A stretch of 64,000 nucleotides of DNA from Octopus vulgaris (lineage: Eukaryota), in NCBI GenBank assembly GCA_951406725.2, contig OX597823.1, forward strand, positions 94,178,001-94,242,000, in the 5' to 3' direction. The notes under the pieces were generated by a model, which saw nothing but the letters and a program-made list of their open reading frames with translations, was not told the origin of the DNA and made no database searches. Both the position numbers and the translations under genes were made by a program. The first letter of the stretch is position 1. Each line of letters starts with the position of its first letter. Shown here piece by piece: positions 53,824-64,000 of this stretch.

Positions 53824-54130
53824 ATCTCTATATATATAAACGGCAAGATGTCTGCCTTTGTGTGTGTGTCCTTTCTACAAATCCACAATTTTTCATTTAG
53901 AGGGCTCGCACTTTCTATGGTCATTCAAAACCGTACAAGGATGGTCGTGCACATATTTACATTTCCCCAGTCACCCCCACAAAGCCATTAAAACATCAAT
54001 AGAAGTGACATTTTTGTGAATTTTTTATCCAAAACCCAATCAAAATGCCCAAAACTTGATACGCCAATTGAATGCCAGCTAGCTGTATGTGATTGGTCGG
54101 AGATTTGGACAGTACTTTTGTTTACTATTT
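53824..54130 (+). mobile_element. Possible non-autonomous Helitron 5' portion
   Basis: Begins a|tctctatatatataaa..gtctg..(tg)n, typical of Helitron 5' ends; no 3' CTAG hairpin found. Confidence 0.35.
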
Positions 54131-54149
54131 TTTTAGATTTGAATAAATT

Positions 54150-54865
54150 TACCTTTTCAGACATAATGCTTCTCTTCACTTTTAATTAAGGCTTTAAATG
54201 TCGAAGCTACTCGAAACATTTGTGCTGTGTACAGAGAAGTTGCTATTACTGAAAGAACTGCATAGAAATAATTTTCAGATTCCAAGCTGGGGAAATTCGC
54301 CCTCACAAATTCTCTGCATTCAAGCCGGCCTGTTTAGTTCAATGAGAATCGATTGGACGTGTTCATCTGCGGACATTCGCGGCAATCGTCTAGGGGCTTG
54401 CCCCAGCAATGAGATGCTCGCATGATATTCTCGCTCGTCACCGTCACTCTTTGGACAATCCGGCTGAAGCGAAGCGACCTGCGACACGGCGTTGTTCAAC
54501 GCTACTTCATTCATCCTTAGGTCGCTCATTTGACCAAAGATGTTATTCAAGATCTCTATTGGAAATTTGTAGTGCTTCCCTGTATAGCGGATTCAAATAA
54601 TCGCTTTTATCGTTGGGTCTCCAACAGACTGAGAGGCATTTCGTCCAACAACATGGAACTAAAAACGAGGTTCAATGAAAATTACGAGTCAACAACCGCT
54701 GATTTCCACCGTCATAGCATTGATAAGTTAGTAGAACACTGGCAAGAAGTTACGAACATAGAAGGAGAATAATTTATTGACCAGCTTGTTGAAATTTTTG
54801 ATGAAAAATAAGGATTAAACTAAATGGAAATAAAAAGCAAAAAGAATTTATCTGAGAACCCAATA
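54150..54865 (+). mobile_element. Decayed mariner transposon with inverted internal segment and right TIR
   Basis: EATRNICAVY..AITERT (HTH); HSIDKLVEHWQEVTNIEGE* C-terminus; TIR-like gaatttatctgagaacccaata. Confidence 0.75.
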
Positions 54866-55174
54866 CAATAAACCAAATGTTTTGTTTTTCTCTTTCACAC
54901 TTGATGCGTCTGATTATTATTACTCGATACGAATTTAACTACAACTAACGCCATTTGGCACTGAACGCTACTGATAAAAATATAATGCAATTTTCCTTTA
55001 AGATTTAAGACGATTTCTGCATTGAAGAGATATAAAGACTCCCAAAGCTAATGCAAATTCGAGAAATAGCTCATTACATACATTCAGCCTAAATCTTGTG
55101 ATTATTGGCTTTAAAACGTCTCAGCTTTTTTTAATTAACTGCTTCCTCTTTATTAGACAGGAATGCACTGTATG

Positions 55175-55233
<59 letters not shown>

Positions 55234-55246
55234 ATGGTATTTATGT

Positions 55247-55308
<62 letters not shown>

Positions 55309-55390
55309 GTATATGCACATATGTGTATGTATGCGTTCATTTGCGTATATATACATATATATATATATATTATGTATATGTGTATTTATG

Positions 55391-55422
<32 letters not shown>

Positions 55423-55573
55423 TGTATATATGTATATGCATATGTGTGTATGCATATATATTATATATATGCATGTATATGTGTGTGTGTGTATGTATGT
55501 ATGTATACACAAATGTGTGATTAGTTATAAACACGCATATATGTGCGTAGAGACAGGCAGAGAGATATATAGG

Positions 55574-55623
<50 letters not shown>

Positions 55624-56278
55624 TAAACAGACTTAAACACATACATCCGCACACTATTTGAAACCTTATGTACGTATAATGTCAAGCGACATGTCATATA
55701 CACATAAAGGCCTACGTATATACACGCATTTAAAATGCGTGTATATGAGTATCTATCGGTTTGTGTCGGAGGATTGGGAATATACAAAAATCTCTTCATA
55801 TGTATTTAGAACTTCGTATATATGTGCGCCTACATTATTAAACACACAGACGCACGTATGCACACACACACACACGCAGACGCACAAACACACACATATA
55901 CACACACACACACATACATATATATATATAAACATCCATAAATATATAGATTTTTTACAGCTATATATATATGTATATATATGTGTGTGTGTGAATATGT
56001 ATACGTACATATGGAAAGACACACATTAAATATATATGTTAAACCTATTCATTTCGGTATATGTATGTTCGTATATATGTAAGTGTGTGTATATATATAA
56101 TATATCAGTATGCATGTATGTAAATTTATATGTGTGTGTATACATATGTACACAAAATTTATAAAATTTAAATTATACACACGCATGCATACTCGCACCC
56201 GCATACTCACGCGCACACATATAATATGTATATATATATCTTAATATATATATATATATATACATATATATACACATA

Positions 56279-56334
<56 letters not shown>

Positions 56335-56349
56335 TATATACACATATAT

Positions 56350-56446
<97 letters not shown>

Positions 56447-56448
56447 TG

Positions 56449-56482
<34 letters not shown>

Positions 56483-57059
56483 TGTATGTATGTATAATAT
56501 GTCAGCTAGTTTTAATGGCTATAAAATGTCAGATTTCAATATAAATTTCCTTTTACGACAAATTAAGAGTAATTACATGGTTGCCAGCATCGCTATAATT
56601 GCGAAATCAGTGTGAAATATAGAACAATGTGGAGCTTGTGTTAATTACGAAACTATTTACATGACAGTGTTCTTAAATTACATTCATTCGATCCTTGAAT
56701 TATGAAGCAAATTTTTGTTCAGGTTGTTGTTGTTTTATTCTAATAAAATGTGAGTATAAGTCACATATCTGTCCCTGCATTTATAAACAAAAATAACGCG
56801 ATAAGCCCGTTTGTGCCAACAATAAGGAATATCGTCCTATTATTTTGTTCTGCTAAATTGCTTAACGGTCTTCCTGCGAGTTGCATATTTTCAATTATAA
56901 GTTTCTCGCTATGGGCTCTGGCGTGGCTGTGTGGTAAGAATTTTGCGTGGCACATGGGATTTATTCTGCTATAGAATCTGTCCAACTAAAGTCTTGTGAG
57001 TGGATTTGGTAAACAGAAACGGACTGAAGCCCGTCGTATATATATATATATGTATATAT

Positions 57060-58887
<1,828 letters not shown>

Positions 58888-59645
58888 CAACCGGTGTTGT
58901 GTTTACTTTCTCGTAACTTTGCGGTTCGGTAAAACGATCGACAGAATAAGTACAGGCTTAAAAACTAGAAATAAGTACTGGGATCGATACAAGCGACTAA
59001 AAATGTTTCAAGGTGGTGCCCCAGCATGGCCGTAGTCTAATTACTGAACCAAGTGTAAATATACACGATAAACGATTTTTCGCAGTCTGTTTTTATTTTT
59101 TGTTTCTTGTTTCTTTTCAGTTTTTTCTTTTACTTCCTTTTATTTTTGGTCTTTCTTTAGTATCAAGGAAGGTGCAGCGCTTTAGGTTTTTGCAAGACCC
59201 AGAAATTGGGTCGATCGCTACCATTAAGTTTTCGTTTAAACAGTTGTGATTTGGCCCGTACAGTAATGATGTCCAGAGAGAATATTCTAGATGGCTGAGG
59301 TTCGGGTGTAGAAAGGAATGGGTGTAATGTTTTGCATCGAGCGAGAGTAGTTTGGCACAACATGATGATGAAAGGAAAAGCTGTGTGAAGATATAAGACC
59401 ATGAAAGTCTGTGTCTTAAAGGCCATCATTGATGATATTTTGTCGTGGGCCGAGAAAGACAATTCTAGCTGAACAACCAGCAAAAATGATTGGTTTATAG
59501 TGATCAAATATTCGGGCCGCACATTAGCTCACTCCCTCCATCAAATCGACGAGAGAAATAAAAGCGAAAAGATCAGCCACGAGGATTGCAGAACTTTCTG
59601 ATAAATATAAGAACTACGAGTTCAACGAAATGGATAAAAAGACTC

Positions 59646-59808
59646 AAGGCTATTGAGGTTTACGAGACGGTGGCAGGAGCAAAGATCAACCGGGAAAAGT
59701 CGGTCGGCTTGTAGCTCGGCACATGGGTTGGCAAGTCGATGCCTTCCGACGGTGTTGTTGACGCTGGACGGAGAGGCCGGTTAAATTGCTGGGAATTTGG
59801 TTTGGAAA
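59646..59808 (+). repeat. Displaced duplicate of LINE RT segment 61045-61205
   Basis: aaggctattgaggtttacgagacggtggcaggagcaaagatcaaccgggaaaagtcggtcggcttg shared. Confidence 0.85.
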
Positions 59809-59950
59809 AAGACGCGTATACAAAGTCGGTGTCGATGATGAGATTGGATTTTAATCAATCCATTTTTCAAGACTTGCCACCTCCGACCCTATGAGAAGAA
59901 ATGGTGGAGAGACCCTCTCCACAGGACAACCCGGATTAAATATGTAAATA

Positions 59951-62574
59951 ATGTCTATTCACATTGGTTGTGTAAATGGTTGTGGCCTGATGTCTAGCTG
60001 GAAGTAAGGGCGCTTCCTAAATGACATCAAATCAAGAAAATGTGATTGTTGCAACGGAAACCCGGGTGAAGGGGCCAAGAGATCTGCTCCCCCTCCTGAA
60101 CAGCTATGAGAAATACGTTTCTCCGAATCGGGCGGGAGGTGGTAGTGGGGTGTTGTTTCTACTAAAAAGAAACCGGGTAGCCGAGAAAAAGTTTTTTTTT
60201 CTGATCCAGAAGGCAGATAAACCACTTGAGACAACAGGCTGAATCGCGCAAGCACAGTCGCCAAGTATCGATGGTCAACCCTATCAAAAGCTTTAGACTG
60301 GTCCAGATGTACCTTTTCACCACCTTAGCCAGATTTATTACCAACCCTCTCTATGGTATAGCGAATAAGGTGGAGATTATCCTGAATGATTCTGCCTGTG
60401 ATGGCACATGTCTTTGCCTCCCCGACAATACCATTCGCGACACGCAGGGAGTAGTGACGTTAGTCAGAAAGGACCCGGACAAAGGGACATTTTAGATAAC
60501 TTCAGGCCCATCACTCTGTGAAACGCAGAAGTGAAGATTTAGGCCAAGGTCTTAGCAAAAATGTTGGCGCGTGCCGCAAATGGTATTGTCGGGAGGCACA
60601 GACATGTGCCATCACAGGCAGAACCATTCAGGATAATCTCCTCGCTATACCATAGAGAAGGTTGGTAATAAATTTGGCTAAGGTGGCAAAAAGGTACATC
60701 TGGACCAGTCTAAAGCTTTTGATAGGATTGACCATCGATACTTGGCGACAGTGCTTGCACGATTCAGCCTAGGCCTTGGCTTCCTCAAGTGGTTTATCGC
60801 TTTGTACCACAACATTGAGTCGATAGTTCGGGTGAACGGTTTCCTTTCGAAGCCGTTCTGCATCAAGCGCTCGGTTCGTCAAGGATGTCCGCTCTCACCA
60901 CTTTTGCATGTGGTGGCTTTTGAGCCCCTACTCCGATGGTTGAGTGGCATTCCGAGAGAATCAGGTTTAACGGAGCTTGTTACCGCTTACGCGGACGATA
61001 TCACTATCAGCGTAACCACAATGCCACGCCTACGTGAAGAGGGTAAGGCTATTGAGGTTTACGAGACGGTGGCAGGAGCAAAGATCAACCGGGAAAAGTC
61101 GGTCGGCTTGCAGCTCGGCATGTGGGTTGGCAAGTCGATGCCTTCCGACAGTGTTGTTGGCGCTGGAAGGAGGGACCGGTTAAATTGCTGGGAGTTTGGT
61201 TTGGACAAGGCCTACAGATAGAGAAGAACTGGGCAGAGGTTTCGAGCAGGGTGGCTGCAGTAGTTAAAACCTGGTCTTGGTGGTGGCTATCCCTGAAAGG
61301 GATGGCAGAGGTGATCAGTGTGTTTATCGCATTGGTCATTACCTACCGCCTGACCGTCGTGCCCTGTCCGAATTCGTGGTCGATCAGGCTGGAGAGACAG
61401 CTCTTTCGCTTTTTGTGGAAGGGCAGGTCGCCACTTGTGAAACATTCTGTTGTCAAAAGCCGTTAAAGGGAGGTTTAGTGATACCTTGGCTAATGATGCG
61501 CAGGCATGCGTTGAGGTTGAGGCAACTCTGGATTTTCCTGGATGGTGAACGGGTGTGAGCTCCGATGGCCAGGCAAATGTTTCCCGAGTTCAAAGGTTTT
61601 TGCGAACAGGAAGTCTGGTGTTTTCGTAGACCGAGGTCGAATGAATGGCATAAAGAGTGCCGTAAGGTCTTCTTGCTATTCCGGCGCTCGGGCAACGCCA
61701 GCGGTGGAGGTTCTACACGAATTTTATGTAGTGGGTTGGTAGAGTCTGAATGTGACGATGGTCTGGAGGCGACTCTAGGCCTCGGGTTTGCTCAACTGCA
61801 TAGCCTGTTCCATAATACATTCGGGTTGAGAACGTTGGACAACTTCCTAAAGTCTTGACCTGGCAATGTTACAAAGGTGCCTTGTCCGTTTGGGATAAGC
61901 TCGCAAGACATGGTAAACGTCAGTCTCCGACCTGTCCAAGATGCGAGGGAGACAAGGAAACCGTCCCTCACGCTCTTGCCCAGTGTCCGGAGATATTAGA
62001 AATGTGTGTTTATGCTGAACACCTGTTGTCCGGCGAAGGAAGAGTATGGCTGTCGACTGAGTCAATTGTAAAAATTGACCCACCGGAAGTTTTAACAAAC
62101 GAAGGTAAGAATTGTTCTCTCACGGTTGTAGCAACAGCGAAAGAGGCAGTATGAAGACTAGGATAAAAGGGATTAAGACAGGCAACTTTATCTCCGGCCA
62201 CGATTTACGATCATTTTTTACCCTTCATTTGAAAAGGAAGTTGTGGCTGGAGAAGAGGTGTCTGTCGGAGAGTATGTTCAAAAAGAGATGGAAGCATGCT
62301 GCACGAGTGTTGTGCGTGCAAGAAACCGTGTGAATAAGTTATAAAAGAAAAACAAAAAATGGTACCAGCGATAGATTGGGATTTGTGGGGTCGGAGCGTG
62401 GCCTGATCATCGCTATATTTGTGTTGTCTTTGTATTGTTAATTTCATTCGATTTTTTAAATATTTTATATAATTTTTATATTCATATTTAATGAAAAATC
62501 GTAGCGCATTACTGATCCCAATCAGTTGTTTTGTCCATTTCTGTGTTTGGCCCCCTGTGGGCAATAAAGAAATT
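59951..62574 (+). pseudogene. L1/Tx1-like LINE ORF2 pseudogene (APE start, RT, CCHC) with 3' UTR
   Basis: MSIHIGCVNGCGL..VIVATETR..GSGVLFLL (APE N-terminus); NFRPITL, DQSKAFDR, SVRQGCPLSPLL, AYADDIT (RT); CPRCEGDKETVPHALAQC; multiple stops and frameshifts. Confidence 0.9.
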
Positions 62575-62782
62575 GGTATTTCGTCTACCGTTACGTTCTA
62601 AGTTCAAATTCCGCCGAGGTCGAGTTTGCCTTTAATCCTTTTGGGGTCGATTAAATAAGTACCAGTTATGCACTGTAGATATTGGATTTTAATCAATCCA
62701 TGGTCGATGTAATCGGCTTAATCCCTTTGTCTGTCCTTGTTTGTCCCCTCTATGTTTATCCCGCTGTGGACAATAAAGACAT
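62575..62782 (+). mobile_element. Headless SINE family B unit directly after the LINE 3' end
   Basis: Starts ggtatttcgtctaccgttacgttct, the same start as second units of the SINE dimers. Confidence 0.85.
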
Positions 62783-64000
62783 AAAAAGGTCATAATACTA
62801 GCAGCAGAAAAGACAGAGAGAAGAAATAGCACACCTGTGGTCGAGAAACTACAACGAACCTGTGAGCGATTTTATGCTAATCACACCATTTTTTTTTAAT
62901 GTTGTCCATCATTCTTTTCTACTCTAGACACAGGGCCCATGTCGTCCATTATTATAAGTGAAATGTTCTCGAAATAGCAAGTATATCCTCCGATTATGAA
63001 TTGCAAATTCACATGATACCGAATTTAAGAAATATATATAATACATTCACGAATTATTAGTGTTGCTCCAGGTGAGATTTGATCTCAGCTAACCAATCTG
63101 ACGTAACTACAGAATCTGTCCAAGAAAGTAGCTTCAAATTCTATCGTTTTGTGTCAAGTATTTAACTGATAGAGATACAAATTACAAATGTCTACGAAGG
63201 ACCAGAAATTTGGGGTTTATGAAGGTTGAATTATATTTGGCTTGACTGGCACTTAATTGTCGCTCCCAGAAGTAGGAAACGCAAAGTTGACGTCAAGTGT
63301 ATTTGAACTTCGAATGCTAACTGTTGAAACGAACACCGCAAAACAGTTTGGTTCTATGATTTATCGATTCTGCCAATCCATAACGTAAAAGAAGGAGTTG
63401 GTCTAACTGAAGTTCAGGGTCACATGTCTGTGAAGATATCTATAATCTGTGAAATGGAATGTCATCCAAATTTAATGGCCCCAGAAGTGTAAAATCACAA
63501 CCAGTCTCAACGCTAGAATTTGAAATCAAAACCTATGTGAAACTAACTACACACCACAAGGTGTTAATTTCACTACTGATTGTGATAAAGGTCTTTAATC
63601 TGCATAATGGTAACAAAGAACACTGTACGCTTACAATACGACATAACGCAAATATTCACACAGACATATGAATATAGTTTTACACAAACAATATTTTAAA
63701 ATAAAGATCTTTGAACAAATTTTATAAAACTATTTTATTTTATTTTAGTTTTGTTATTTAAAAATTTAATGGTCAAATTTATTGATAGTGGAATATAGCT
63801 CCTGTGAGGAGAGGAAATCAAGTTCTTGTGATGGTTAAATGCAAGAATACAGCATACACCATGTAGGATGTGTTATCTTTGATCTTTAAACGGCTTCGAT
63901 ATGTTTTTTCCCTTCTCTAGTCACCGTTTGTGAACCTCGTTGAAGAACACTTGTCTATGTTTAAAAATATCTACCAAAAAACAATGCCAAAAAAATCACT

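Overview
AT-rich, microsatellite-dense eukaryotic genomic DNA with no convincing host protein-coding exon; it looks intergenic or intronic. The SINE families and repeat landscape suggest a cephalopod (Octopus-like) genome, which is an inference. Nearly all ORFs in the track are translations of (TA)n/(TAA)n/(GAA)n/(GAT)n repeats. The real content is mobile DNA: (i) about 8 fragments of R4/Dong-like non-LTR retrotransposons (CCHC + restriction-like endonuclease) sitting in (TAA)n; (ii) Penelope-like elements, including a 384-aa RT/GIY-YIG ORF; (iii) a broken L1/Tx1-like ORF2 and a separate ORF1-only element; (iv) Tc1/mariner remnants, MITEs and a Helentron-like insert; (v) many copies of three tRNA-like SINE families. 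Reading the sequence also gave six good minimal type-I hammerhead ribozyme candidates, one in the loop of a 360-bp fold-back element. There is a 2.8-kb inverted repeat and several short templated insertions. An apparent LINE/SINE system shares a 3' tail and is repeatedly joined to the same site inside the SINE. All alignments and folds were done by eye.
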